A stretch of DNA of 64,000 nucleotides from a virus: positions 23,909 through 87,908 of the IMG/VR virus record IMGVR_UViG_3300032323_002843. One strand, 5' to 3'. The number at the start of each line of letters is the position of its first letter. Within the stretch, counting starts at the first letter, position 1. This document shows positions 1 to 10,126 of the stretch, piece after piece. Below the pieces are notes generated by a model, which was not told the DNA's origin, made no database searches, and saw only the letters and a list, made by a program, of their open reading frames with translations. The position numbers and the translations under genes are program-made.

Positions 1-1265
1 AAGAAATTAGCACCACCACGAAGAGTTAACTGATGGATAGTGTTAGATACTTTTTGTAACTTAGTTCCTAAAGTTTGGAACCAACCACCTTGTGTATTGT
101 AGAAACCTAAGTTGCTATTAGCTACACCAGAAGCGTTTACAGCTTGGTTGTTAACAGCAGACCAGTATTCAGTTGTGAAAGCGTTCTCAATTAACATATC
201 TAAGATTTCTAAATCGATTTCCATAGAGATGTATTGAGATAAGATACCAGTTAATTCAGCTTCAGCATCAATGCTATGGTAAGCATTTAAGTCTTGAGCG
301 AATTCTGGAGTCCATTGTGCTTTTAACTTACGAGTTTTAGCAACGATAGCTTCAGATTTTAACTGAACGTTGATTTCTGGGATAGCAATAGCTGAAGAGC
401 TAAGAGCGTTTGGATAACCACCATCGCCACCATTACCAGAACCACCAGAAACTGATTGATCTTCGAAATCACCACGTGCAGTAGCAACTGGAGCAACGTT
501 GAAGAACAATGTTACAGTTTGAGTAGGGCTATTAGCTACTAATGAGCCAGTAACGATAAATGAAGCTGTATTGTTAGATACAGTAGTGAAAGCTTGTAAT
601 ACATCAGTTACACCGATAGAACCAGAGCTGAATACGAAAGCACGGATACCATTCTGATCAGCAGCTGATGGAAGTGGAACTAAGATCTTCTTCCAACCAG
701 TAGCAGCAGAAGCTGAGTAGTTAGAATCCAAGTTAAAGTCAACCCAAGTTGTTGAACCAGTGATAGCAGCAACAGAAGCTGAGAATTGGTTGATAGAGTA
801 ACCGAACTTACCAGCACCATAAAGTGATTGAGAAGTGATATCAGTTACGTTAGTAGTTTGGTTAGCACCGTAAAGTGAACCACCAGTTTGGAAAGGACGA
901 ACACCTGTACCATACTTGAAATCAAGATAGAATACAAGACCTGAAGGTAAGTTCATCGGCTGTACAGAAACGAATTCTTTAGCAGCGATTTCACCGAATA
1001 CACGGCGAACTAAAGGTAAAGCTACACCGTTCCAAGCTTCTTGAGAATAAGAACCACCACCGATAGTAGCAGTACCTGTAGCAGAAGCTTCGGTTACTAA
1101 TTGTTTAGCCTGATTCTCAAGGAGAATAGACATTGTGTTTTTGTCAGTAGTAGTCTTGATACCTTCTAAAAGGCCAGATTTTTCCCACTTGCTAGACAAA
1201 CGTTTTGCATCTTCCATTACACTCTTGTATTGGTTAGATGACTCTAATAATTGTTGTACGTTCAT
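1..1265 (-). CDS. gp23: Major capsid protein, T4 gp23-like (runs off the left edge; absent from the ORF track)
   Basis: Hand translation from ATG at 1265: MNVQQLLESSNQYKS...KWEKSGLLEG...LLENQAKQLVTE...VALPLVRRVFGEIAAKEFVSVQPMNLPSGLVFYLDFKYG; later IVAKTRKLKAQWTPEFAQDLNAYHSIDAEAELTGILSQYISMEIDLEIL, typical of gp23. Confidence 0.96.
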   Translation of the reverse strand, partial: MNVQQLLESSNQYKSVMEDAKRLSSKWEKSGLLEGIKTTTDKNTMSILLENQAKQLVTEASATGTATIGGGSYSQEAWNGVALPLVRRVFGEIAAKEFVSVQPMNLPSGLVFYLDFKYGTGVRPFQTGGSLYGANQTTNVTDITSQSLYGAGKFGYSINQFSASVAAITGSTTWVDFNLDSNYSASAATGWKKILVPLPSAADQNGIRAFVFSSGSIGVTDVLQAFTTVSNNTASFIVTGSLVANSPTQTVTLFFNVAPVATARGDFEDQSVSGGSGNGGDGGYPNALSSSAIAIPEINVQLKSEAIVAKTRKLKAQWTPEFAQDLNAYHSIDAEAELTGILSQYISMEIDLEILDMLIENAFTTEYWSAVNNQAVNASGVANSNLGFYNTQGGWFQTLGTKLQKVSNTIHQLTLRGGANF

Positions 1266-1298
1266 TTTAAAATGAATTAAAAATTAAAATTAAATTGT

Positions 1299-2429
1299 TT
1301 ACTTAATACCTGCAAGCATTTGCCATCTTGATACAGTAGCATCTACCTCAACGATAGGCTTCTTAGGGGCAACACCAGCAGCTTTAGAAGCAAATCCTAA
1401 TGATTCTTTAACGATGCTCTTCTTAGATTTTTCAATAGCACTGTTCATAGATTCAAAAATTGCTTTAGCTTCTTGTGCAGTAGTTGCTTTATCAAATTGT
1501 GCAATTACTTTAAGTTTTTGTGATTCGTTCAAATTCTTAGCTTTGAAGATTTTGTTAACATAAAGTAACTTAGCGTTTAATAAGTTTACTTCGTGTAACT
1601 CGTTACGAAGAGCTTCGATAGTATCGATTGCTTCTTTCATTTCTTCTTTGTCTTCTTTTTTCTTGTCTTCTTTTTTCTTAGCTTCGTACATTTCTTCTGT
1701 ATCGTCAGCTTCGTCAATTGAATCAAGTTCAGCTAGTAATTCTTCTAAATCGATTTCGTCTAAATCTTCGTCTTCTTCAGCGATTTCTTCAGTTTCACCT
1801 TCCATTTCACCGTCGATGTTTACAGCCATTTCTTCTTCACCACCCATATCGCCCATGTCAGCGCTCATGTCACCCATTTCTGGAGCTTCGTCACCGCCAA
1901 TTTCAGCAGAGATGATGTCTTTGATAATGTCTTTTAATTCATCAACTGTTAAGTCAGTGATTTTGTCTTCGCTTTCAGATTCGTCTTCTTCAGACTCTTC
2001 TTCTTCTTCTTCTGTTTCTTCTTCTTCTTCTTCTTTAGCTTCGTCCATTTTTTCTTTATCTTCTTTCTTTGCTTCATCAAGCTCATCTTCTTTGCTTAAT
2101 TCAGCTAAAATTTCAGATAAATCGAAATCTTCTGAAAGCTCATCTTCGTCGCCTTCTTCAAGAGCGAATCCTTTAGCTCTTTCAATATCTTGAGAGATAT
2201 CATCAGTATCGGCAGAAGCGAAGGCAGATGGAAGTGATTCTTCCATTTTTTCTTCATCTTTTGCTTCATCTAAATCATCATTATCCATTTCTTGTAACTT
2301 TGCAGCTAACATGGATTGAAGTTTAGGAGCTAAGGCCTCTTCAAGGGCGGCTTTTGCGTTTGCTAACGCTGCTTCGCGAACGGCTTTAGCGTCGGCGATA
2401 GCCTCTTTGAATAAGTCTTTGTTTGACAT
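1299..2429 (-). CDS. Prohead core/scaffold protein (gp22-like)
   Basis: Very acidic coiled coil immediately upstream of the capsid gene; ELHEVNLLNAKLLYVNKIF segment; many L/I-x-E sites; ends RWQMLAGIK. Confidence 0.85.
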   Translation of the reverse strand: MSNKDLFKEAIADAKAVREAALANAKAALEEALAPKLQSMLAAKLQEMDNDDLDEAKDEEKMEESLPSAFASADTDDISQDIERAKGFALEEGDEDELSEDFDLSEILAELSKEDELDEAKKEDKEKMDEAKEEEEEETEEEEEESEEDESESEDKITDLTVDELKDIIKDIISAEIGGDEAPEMGDMSADMGDMGGEEEMAVNIDGEMEGETEEIAEEDEDLDEIDLEELLAELDSIDEADDTEEMYEAKKKEDKKKEDKEEMKEAIDTIEALRNELHEVNLLNAKLLYVNKIFKAKNLNESQKLKVIAQFDKATTAQEAKAIFESMNSAIEKSKKSIVKESLGFASKAAGVAPKKPIVEVDATVSRWQMLAGIK

Positions 2430-2566
2430 TGTCCTTAAATTTAATTACGGAAATAAGATTATTGGGAATCTTAATAGGGGTTTTTAATTATACCCAGGTT
2501 ACATAGAATTAGTAACCTATTATAGGATGATCATAAATATATGTAGATACTTAAAACCGCGAATAA

Positions 2567-3109
2567 TTAGTTGTTTCCCTTAGATTTATCGTATACCTTT
2601 TTAGCAACAACAGCTAAAATAGCACCTGCTATTGCTCCTAAAACGGTTTCTACTATATGAGATGGAGACTGTCCTAACATTATTTGAGTCTTAGTTAAAA
2701 CGTCTCCTGCACTTGCTAAATAATATGCCAAAGCACCCCCACCAACTAATCCAGTCCAAAAAGAACCACCAACATCTAACCCTTCTTCTTCATTAATTGG
2801 GTTATCTTCTGCTTTTTTAGCCATGCTTAATGCTAATTTTTGAACTATAGAAGAATCAATATTTTCAGATAATTCTGATGGATTAATTCCTGATTGGCTT
2901 AATACGGCTTGCAGTTGTTTAAGAGCTTTTGGATCTTTAGATATTTTATCAGCTATGTTATCAACAACAGGAGATTTTTCTAAGCTATTAACTACTTTTG
3001 TTACTTGAGAAGCAGCATTTTCAGGAGATACTTCTTGATTTTCTTCGGCTTCATTAATAATGCCAGCTAAGTGCTGCATTCTTTTGATTTCGTTGATTTG
3101 TTGTTTCAT
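2567..3109 (-). CDS. Probable head-internal protein with two C-terminal hydrophobic helices (start revised to MKQQINE)
   Basis: Late-promoter motif at 3114-3121 just upstream of ATG 3109; IKRMQHLAGIINE motif shared with the scaffold C-terminus. Confidence 0.65.
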   Translation of the reverse strand: MKQQINEIKRMQHLAGIINEAEENQEVSPENAASQVTKVVNSLEKSPVVDNIADKISKDPKALKQLQAVLSQSGINPSELSENIDSSIVQKLALSMAKKAEDNPINEEEGLDVGGSFWTGLVGGGALAYYLASAGDVLTKTQIMLGQSPSHIVETVLGAIAGAILAVVAKKVYDKSKGNN

Positions 3110-3120
3110 GGATATAAATA

Positions 3121-3735
3121 TTAACAAAGAGGACAAACCCCAGTTGCGTTACAAATAATCTCAGTTATTAAACCATTTACTTTACTATAATCTTTTACTG
3201 ACATATGCTTTTTAGATTCAGCTAATGTCATATATGCTTGTGGGGTTGATGGTACTGATACTAAATCCCAACACAGTAATTCAAAATCGTCTTGTACTTC
3301 AACAGTTTCACCTAATTGCTTAACTGAACCCATACCACGAGATGAGATACCAAGTGGAATACCTGATAATATAAGTGCTTTAGCAATATTACCACTTGGT
3401 GTAGGTAATAATTGTAATTTACCCATTAAATCGTTTCCTTTCCACCATACTTCAGTAATAACGTGTGATGTATTTGATAAGTTAACAACAGATGCTTCAG
3501 GGTGATCGAGTTCTCCTAAAGCAGTACGTGTTTTTACAGGACCTTCTGCATATTTTTTAACTTCTCTTTCAAGAATTTCGCGAGGATATACACGACCGTT
3601 ACCATTCTTTTGTTCTGCTTCTTGTAATTTACCAACAAGGGTAACAAGAGATTTACCTTCACCTAATTGTTTATTTTCAACAATTGTAATGTTTGCTGTT
3701 TGGAAGGGAGTATGGTCTATTAATAAAGATTTCAT
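3121..3735 (-). CDS. gp21: Prohead maturation protease (T4 gp21-like)
   Basis: KNGNGRVYP, ALGELDHP, GISSRGMGS and WDLVSVPS motifs. Confidence 0.95.
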   Translation of the reverse strand: MKSLLIDHTPFQTANITIVENKQLGEGKSLVTLVGKLQEAEQKNGNGRVYPREILEREVKKYAEGPVKTRTALGELDHPEASVVNLSNTSHVITEVWWKGNDLMGKLQLLPTPSGNIAKALILSGIPLGISSRGMGSVKQLGETVEVQDDFELLCWDLVSVPSTPQAYMTLAESKKHMSVKDYSKVNGLITEIICNATGVCPLC

Positions 3736-3739
3736 ATTA

Positions 3740-5017
3740 TTATTTTTCTAGTGCTGCTAACGGATCAATCAAATTATCACGCCCATCAAAATATTCATCC
3801 ATAGCCATTGCTATATCATCTATTTCTTGATCATCACTTTCCATTTCTGATAATACTTCACGTACAATTTCTTCAAGTTGTGATTTGAATTTTTCAAATG
3901 AAGCACCTAAATCTTTACCACCATAATTCTTACGTAATGGAGTTAAGCGATAAAATATAATATTACCAGTATCTTCATCAAAATCACTATCTGGTTGTAC
4001 ATTAAATTGTAATTTTAATTTTTCAATTGCTTCACCAGGTAAGGCATCCCAATATTGAAATCTTAAAAGAGCTTCATTTGGGTCACTAGTTTGTTGAATT
4101 TGAATATCATCAGATAAAGCTTTTAATGTAGCGTTACCATCTACAAATTGCATTACTTGTTTAGCAACCTCATTTGGTTCACCAATTACATTAAATCTAG
4201 CTTCTTTAAGCTTTTTTTTGTCTTCAGCTTTAGGCATTTTAACCTTTTGCATTTGGTTAACTAAATCAACCAATTCAGCTGTTTGTTTTTTCTTAGCTTT
4301 CTTTTCTACTGGAGCTTTTACTTTAGGAGCTGAAGGTGATTCAACACCAGCTAGCTTTAATGCTGTGTAGTAATATGGATTTTCAGCTAAATGATCTAAA
4401 GCAATTTTTTTAGCTTTATCTAAATCATCAGTATGTTCTAATTCAACCCTAATACCCATACGTAATTCTTGTGGATGGATTTGGTTTGGATTTAATTCAG
4501 CTTTAACTTCTTTTTTCTTTTTAGCTTCATTTAATTCTTCTTCCATTGGGTCAAACTGAGACATGATAGCTTCTTCACCAGCTTTTTCATCTTCCATTTT
4601 TTTAATCATTGCTTCCATTTCATCATCTTCACCTTCATTCTCATTAGTCCAATCAACATCAGAATCATCTACTGGTTCGTTATAGTTGTCAGCATATGCT
4701 TTATTACCAACTGATTCTTCTGGATATTTAGTTGCTAAATCATCTTCATTTATGTTATACTTAGCAGCTACCTTAGCAATAGCTTCAGCATATGAATTGC
4801 CATCTTCCATTTCAGATTCAAGTTCATCTAAAAGATTGTTTTCTCCTAAAGCAGCTTCAGTTAAGATAGCTTTGTTTTTAAGGATTCTAACAGCATCATT
4901 AAATGAAGTTACGTTAGTAACATATTGAGGCATAGTCATACGTAAATTTCTCATGAAATTAACTTGAGACATTCTGCCTTCTTTTAAATCGCGGTATTGG
5001 TTTTGTATACTTTTCAT
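3740..5017 (-). CDS. Acidic head-associated protein (start revised to MKSIQNQ)
   Basis: GIRVELEHTDDLDKAKKIALDHLAENPYYY module; repeated LTE/LNE/LKE/LSE sites; an upstream small ORF occupies 5022-5150. Confidence 0.65.
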   Translation of the reverse strand: MKSIQNQYRDLKEGRMSQVNFMRNLRMTMPQYVTNVTSFNDAVRILKNKAILTEAALGENNLLDELESEMEDGNSYAEAIAKVAAKYNINEDDLATKYPEESVGNKAYADNYNEPVDDSDVDWTNENEGEDDEMEAMIKKMEDEKAGEEAIMSQFDPMEEELNEAKKKKEVKAELNPNQIHPQELRMGIRVELEHTDDLDKAKKIALDHLAENPYYYTALKLAGVESPSAPKVKAPVEKKAKKKQTAELVDLVNQMQKVKMPKAEDKKKLKEARFNVIGEPNEVAKQVMQFVDGNATLKALSDDIQIQQTSDPNEALLRFQYWDALPGEAIEKLKLQFNVQPDSDFDEDTGNIIFYRLTPLRKNYGGKDLGASFEKFKSQLEEIVREVLSEMESDDQEIDDIAMAMDEYFDGRDNLIDPLAALEK

Positions 5018-5021
5018 ATTA

Positions 5022-5150
5022 TTATCTGCCTTGTCCTCTGTAAGCTTTTGGCTTTGGAGTGTGTTTATTGAATGATTTTTGAGCTGATCCGTTTTTGCGT
5101 TTGCCAAAAGAAACTTTATTAGGGTTTCCTGCTGCTTTAGCTTTTGCCAT
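5022..5150 (-). CDS. Small basic peptide, 42 aa (MAKAKAAGNPNKVSFGKRKNGSAQKSFNKHTPKPKAYRGQGR)
   Basis: Hand-translated; TAATG coupling with the upstream gene; C-terminal YRGQG motif that I recall from small peptides of T4-like phages. Confidence 0.75.
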   Translation of the reverse strand: MAKAKAAGNPNKVSFGKRKNGSAQKSFNKHTPKPKAYRGQGR

Positions 5151-5680
5151 TACTGCTGAAGGTTTTTAATTTTATTGTTAAGATGGTTTACCATTTCTGA
5201 AATAGTAGCAACATTCTTTTGGGTTGCTTTCCAGTATTTAATTCCTTCTTCTCCTTCGCTTAATTCTTGTTTCATACGAGATGTATATTCTACAATACGA
5301 TCAATTTCTTGTAATTTGCGTTTTACTTCACGAATTGCTTTGTGTAATTGTTCGTTTTTAGTACGGAATTTAACATCATTTTTGAACTTAGAATATGTTA
5401 CTTCGTTAAGTAATTCTTGTTCGATGATCTGTAATAGTGTTTCGTTCATTGAAGATTTTTTACCAGGCCATAATTCTTTATAATCAAGTACTTTGGAATT
5501 TTTAGGCATTCCTTTAGCAAGTTTCCAACCTTCTTTTTCAGCATATTTGGTAGCGGCATTTGTTTTTTGCCCTGGTTTACCAAAAGCAGCAGGGGTTAAA
5601 TAACCAGGAACACCAGCAGAAGTAGAAGTTTCTTCTAGTTCTTGGCGTACTAATTCTCTTATATATTCTTTTAAATCCAC
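5150..5680 (-). CDS. Head-module hypothetical protein
   Basis: LKEYIRELVRQELEE amphipathic N-terminus, GYLTPAAF motif, coiled-coil C-terminus. Confidence 0.7.
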   Translation of the reverse strand: MDLKEYIRELVRQELEETSTSAGVPGYLTPAAFGKPGQKTNAATKYAEKEGWKLAKGMPKNSKVLDYKELWPGKKSSMNETLLQIIEQELLNEVTYSKFKNDVKFRTKNEQLHKAIREVKRKLQEIDRIVEYTSRMKQELSEGEEGIKYWKATQKNVATISEMVNHLNNKIKNLQQ

Positions 5681-6534
5681 TACTTAACAGATTTTAATTC
5701 GTCAATTAATTGATAATACTGTAATAACGAAACTATATTTTCATCTTTTACGTTTTGAGTCTTATCTAAAGGATGTAATAAAGTAACTACCTCAGCTAAT
5801 TTAATCTGAGTAGTTTTGTCAGCTACTGTAGGAATTAATGTGTTAATTTCTTCAGTAATAACTTTAAAGTTATTGTTAACAAAATCACGTAATTTAGTTG
5901 TGTTAGTGATGTTGTTGATAAATTCTTTTAATGTTAATTTTTGGCGATCTGATAAAGTAGCATATTTGCTATTGAATTTTTCTAATAACATTCTGTATGC
6001 TAAAATACGAGATCCCTTATCCATACCAGCATATTCTTCCATTACACGATCCTTAACACCTTCTTTATTTACCTCTTTACGAGTGATGTGTTCAAGTAAT
6101 GTAATTTTATTATCGATGATTTGCTGCGGTTCAGTGAATTCCAATGAATTGTGAGCTTCAATTAAATTGAATGCAGCAGCGTATTGCTTATAATTGCTGA
6201 TTTTGGCTTTAAAGAATTCTTCTAAATCATATGATTCACGAATGTCCTTAATTAAATTATATTTTTCCTTACGTAAAGCTGTTTTGTTTAAACGCAAAGA
6301 AGCCTCTAACGTTGAATTAATGAACGTTTCGGCTTTAGCTTCAGACAATGATTTAGGCTGAATTAATGCTTGATATAATTTATATTCTTTTGCTAGTTCA
6401 GATTTGCTAAAATACTTTCTAACCAATCCGACAGCAGCAGAATCCTTATTTGATACAGTATCAGATGCGATTTGTCTTACGAGCAACTCGAATAATATTC
6501 CTGTATTCTTAAATTTGCTGTGTTTAATTTTCAT
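5680..6534 (-). CDS. Conserved hypothetical protein downstream of portal
   Basis: MKIKHSKFKNTGILFELLVRQI N-terminus; late motif at 6556-6563. Confidence 0.75.
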   Translation of the reverse strand: MKIKHSKFKNTGILFELLVRQIASDTVSNKDSAAVGLVRKYFSKSELAKEYKLYQALIQPKSLSEAKAETFINSTLEASLRLNKTALRKEKYNLIKDIRESYDLEEFFKAKISNYKQYAAAFNLIEAHNSLEFTEPQQIIDNKITLLEHITRKEVNKEGVKDRVMEEYAGMDKGSRILAYRMLLEKFNSKYATLSDRQKLTLKEFINNITNTTKLRDFVNNNFKVITEEINTLIPTVADKTTQIKLAEVVTLLHPLDKTQNVKDENIVSLLQYYQLIDELKSVK

Positions 6535-6567
6535 AATCAATAGTGTGCACTACCTATAAATATGTAT

Positions 6568-8445
6568 TTACTGTATATCCTTGATATTTTTTTCGTCTAA
6601 TAGTGATGGTTCTTGATCAGGTCCCATTACGATTTCCTTGCGCTTACCTTGTAAACCTTCAAATAATTTCTTATTTCGTTGGTATTCAAACATTGCTTTT
6701 GGAGTACCGCTACCTTCTTCAGGTTGATTTGCAGTATATAATGTACCGTTTTCAATACTACCTAATGGATCTTTACCTAATGGGTCACGTTGTGTACCTT
6801 TAATAGATGCTTTTTCTTTAGGACGACCAACAGGACGATCTTCGTCATATCCCGGAGGTACAGGACCATCAATATCCATTCCTGCTCTACCTTTACCATA
6901 TAATGAAGCTAAATCATGTGGAGTACCATATGATTTACCAGTTTTAGCTGGATCATTACCTTCATTTTCAATTTGGGCTAAGCGGAATACACGTTTTTTA
7001 TCTTCAATTACTTGATCACGATAATCATCATATTGATCTTCACTAAATTGGAATACTTGATGATAAATCCAATCTGAAGGTAATAAATTTGTATCTTGTA
7101 TTGATTTAGCTAAGTCAATTTTTTCCTTCCATAATGCTACTTTTTCTTGTTCGTAAACAACAGACGGAGTAGTTAATGATAATTCAAAATTAGTTAAGGC
7201 TTCACCATCATATCCCTGAACATATAAGTGTACTAATGCAACTTTATACAGTTCAGACAAGGCAATACGTTGAATACGTTCAACTGTGCGAGCGAAGCGA
7301 ATATCTTCAGCAGCTAATGTAGCTTTACCTTGTAAATCTTTTTCAAATCCAAAATATGCTTTAGGTACTTTAAGAGCAGCTAACATTTCATCACGTAAGA
7401 ACGCAACGTCATCAATAGCATTATATTCAAGACCCTTAATAGTATCAATCTTAGTTGCAGTATCGTTACCACGAGTTGGAAGATAAAAGTCTTCCATCAT
7501 ATTCATCATGTTGTAACGTAAGTTATACTCACCTGTTTGTTGATCCATGAATGGAGTTTTCTTCATCTTCTGCATAATCTTCTGCATGTAACCATCTACC
7601 TCATTTGGAGGAATGTTACCAACATTTACAGTGAATACGCGTTTTTCCGGGGCACGTGTAATACGATGCAACAACATTGCATCTTTCATTAGCACATACT
7701 GCTTATAAGTTTTACGAGCAGGCTCAATGTACGATCTACCATAAGGTAAATAGTTAGCGTCAGTTAATAGCCTAAAGTGAGCAATTTCGTAGTTTTCAAA
7801 TTTAATTTTACCATCTCTATCTTTCACACGTGATACAATACCACCAGCCGCGATCACCATTGGATCGATACGGAAACACACATAAGATGGGTTTTCAGGA
7901 TCTTGTCCTTCTTCACGAACCATATCATATACTGAAAGTGGGGTAATATTATATACACCAAATTTTTCAGCAATTTCCATATGTAAATACCAGTCACCGT
8001 ATTTACACATATTTCTAACCCACATCCATAAATTAAACTCAATGTTTAAAACATCGTAGAATAAATTGTATAAAATACGTTGGATATTTTCGTCAGCGCT
8101 TCTGATTTGTAATACTTCTCCTGACTCATTTTTTAGAGTAGATTCATCAGCAATAATATCTAATGCGGATGATATGATTGATTCTGTATCCATTGCTTCA
8201 TAATCAGTGTATAACTGAATACGAAGTGTTTGGTAGTTCATCGTTGGGTTATATGGCATGTTTGCACCATAACGATGAAGCTTTGTAAATCTATCTATGA
8301 GAGCGTTTGTTTTTACGTTACCATAGGCTTGCATGTGATCTACGTCTACTACCTTTAGTTGATTACCACCAACATTTCTGATGATAACATCAGTTGAAAA
8401 TAGACGTGTTAGCCTAGTAAACAAACCTGGTTTTTGATCTGCCAT
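6568..8445 (-). CDS. gp20: Portal protein (T4 gp20-like)
   Basis: ISSALDIIADE, PYGRSYIE, HRITRAPEKRVF, MEDFYLP, ALKVPK and EDIRFAR motifs. Confidence 0.96.
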   Translation of the reverse strand: MADQKPGLFTRLTRLFSTDVIIRNVGGNQLKVVDVDHMQAYGNVKTNALIDRFTKLHRYGANMPYNPTMNYQTLRIQLYTDYEAMDTESIISSALDIIADESTLKNESGEVLQIRSADENIQRILYNLFYDVLNIEFNLWMWVRNMCKYGDWYLHMEIAEKFGVYNITPLSVYDMVREEGQDPENPSYVCFRIDPMVIAAGGIVSRVKDRDGKIKFENYEIAHFRLLTDANYLPYGRSYIEPARKTYKQYVLMKDAMLLHRITRAPEKRVFTVNVGNIPPNEVDGYMQKIMQKMKKTPFMDQQTGEYNLRYNMMNMMEDFYLPTRGNDTATKIDTIKGLEYNAIDDVAFLRDEMLAALKVPKAYFGFEKDLQGKATLAAEDIRFARTVERIQRIALSELYKVALVHLYVQGYDGEALTNFELSLTTPSVVYEQEKVALWKEKIDLAKSIQDTNLLPSDWIYHQVFQFSEDQYDDYRDQVIEDKKRVFRLAQIENEGNDPAKTGKSYGTPHDLASLYGKGRAGMDIDGPVPPGYDEDRPVGRPKEKASIKGTQRDPLGKDPLGSIENGTLYTANQPEEGSGTPKAMFEYQRNKKLFEGLQGKRKEIVMGPDQEPSLLDEKNIKDIQ

Positions 8446-8477
8446 TATTTTATTTTAATTATACCAATAAATATTTA

Positions 8478-10061
8478 TTACCCTAATATCCATGACATAT
8501 CTTCGAATTGACCACGTCCGTTATTTACCATATACGGGTTTTGTTGGCCGCTAGGTAACATAGGAACTGATGTGTCAAATCCTGTTCTAGATATGCTTGA
8601 TATCATTGCTCTGTTTAAATCCATTCCTTGTTCATAAAAACGCATCGCTGTATCTCTAGTGAACAATCCAATACCTAATGACATTACTAGGTCATCATTG
8701 TACCCGTTTTGTGCTTGTGCTTTACCATTTTGCCAGATAAACACACGTAATTCTTCTAATAAACGCTTAGAATGGAATATAAAAGCCTTTTCTCGAATAT
8801 ACGACTCCATTTTTGAGATAACAAGTGGTCTTGTCTTTGCTGATGTAGTAAATCCAGGAACTGTTTGTTCAGATTCCATTTTACTTAACCATTTATCTAT
8901 TTGCATTTCACCATAAGCACGAGGTGAATAATACATTTTAGGATACCCTTTATCTATGATGGTATTAACGACATCCCAACCGACATTAGCATTTTCAACC
9001 ACAAGTAAAGCATTATTATACTCAGTAGCAACAGAAACAAGCATATTACCATAAGTACGAGTGTCAACTTGGGATTTATATTCTGCCACTTGTTCACACG
9101 TTGTAGCATCGATGACATGAAACGCTGAGTAGTCCGAACCATCTCCGCGAGCAACGTCAGCACAAACCAAATACTGCTTAGTATAATCAGGATACTGCCA
9201 AACCCAAAAATCGCCACCCATAAAGCGGCGTTCAACAGGCTCTTGTATATAAGTTTCTTCATAAAAAGATAATAAATCAGGTTCAACTACTGAATTACCA
9301 GAACCTAAGAAGTCACAGTCATATTCTTGAGCAAATTCACGTGGTGACATGTTTGCACGCTCTGTAGCTTCCCACTTTTCATCTCTATCAGGATGTAAAT
9401 CCCATCTTAATTTAATCGCTTTAAATTCATTCTTCCCTATTTCAGCCTCACTATACATTTTATGAAACCAGTTACCAACACCGTTTGGAGATGATAATGC
9501 TATAATTCCTCCACCTGTTGCGATGGTTGGTTTAATACTTGTATAAATTCTATCAATTCCTTCAATGAAGGCAGCCTCATCCACAATCAATAATGAAACA
9601 GCATAAGATCTACCTGCATCTGATGCAGCTGATGTAGCAACAATTTGAGAGTTATTGGCTAGTTTTAGTGATAGTTTATTATCTGATATTGGTTTTTGAT
9701 TGCCTCTTAACCAAGAAGGTAATGAATTGTACATAAACTGTACTTTCTCTACCATCCCTTTAGCTGTTTCTTGCTTTGTCGCAATACACAACACGGTTTT
9801 ATCCTTATTAAATAGCATTGTCCATAAAGCAAATCCAGCTGATAGTGTTGAGATACCTAACTGTCTTGATTTATTAATAATACTAAATCTATTAGCTCTA
9901 AGATCATTTAATACATCCTCTTGGAATGGATACAAATGAAACAAAACTCTACCTTTAATTGGGTGAGTAATATAACAATATTTTCTAAAGAAGTGTACAG
10001 GGTCTGTGGCACATTTGATGTATTCAGCCTTGATTATTTCTTTAATATTCGCTTGACTCAT
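8478..10061 (-). CDS. gp17: Terminase large subunit (T4 gp17-like)
   Basis: LYPFQ, KSRQLGIST Walker A, LIVDEAAF Walker B, SSPNG, QEYDCDF, ADVARG.G.DYS and DDLVMSL motifs. Confidence 0.97.
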   Translation of the reverse strand: MSQANIKEIIKAEYIKCATDPVHFFRKYCYITHPIKGRVLFHLYPFQEDVLNDLRANRFSIINKSRQLGISTLSAGFALWTMLFNKDKTVLCIATKQETAKGMVEKVQFMYNSLPSWLRGNQKPISDNKLSLKLANNSQIVATSAASDAGRSYAVSLLIVDEAAFIEGIDRIYTSIKPTIATGGGIIALSSPNGVGNWFHKMYSEAEIGKNEFKAIKLRWDLHPDRDEKWEATERANMSPREFAQEYDCDFLGSGNSVVEPDLLSFYEETYIQEPVERRFMGGDFWVWQYPDYTKQYLVCADVARGDGSDYSAFHVIDATTCEQVAEYKSQVDTRTYGNMLVSVATEYNNALLVVENANVGWDVVNTIIDKGYPKMYYSPRAYGEMQIDKWLSKMESEQTVPGFTTSAKTRPLVISKMESYIREKAFIFHSKRLLEELRVFIWQNGKAQAQNGYNDDLVMSLGIGLFTRDTAMRFYEQGMDLNRAMISSISRTGFDTSVPMLPSGQQNPYMVNNGRGQFEDMSWILG

Positions 10062-10074
10062 GTATATAAATATA

Positions 10075-10104
10075 TAAAAAAGGCCCGCCCTTGCGGACAG
10101 GCCT
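10075..10104 (-). terminator. Intrinsic terminator after the 10127-10810 gene
   Basis: aggcc-cgccc-ttgcggac-aggcct imperfect stem, followed on the minus strand by a U-run. Confidence 0.55.
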
Positions 10105-10126
10105 AGTTATGTGGGGGCGTGGGGTA

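Noticed and set aside
1648-2193. Ser-rich + strand ORF and the many other + strand ORFs in the track
   Set aside because: Antisense shadows of Glu/Asp/Lys-rich minus-strand genes; no leaders or promoters
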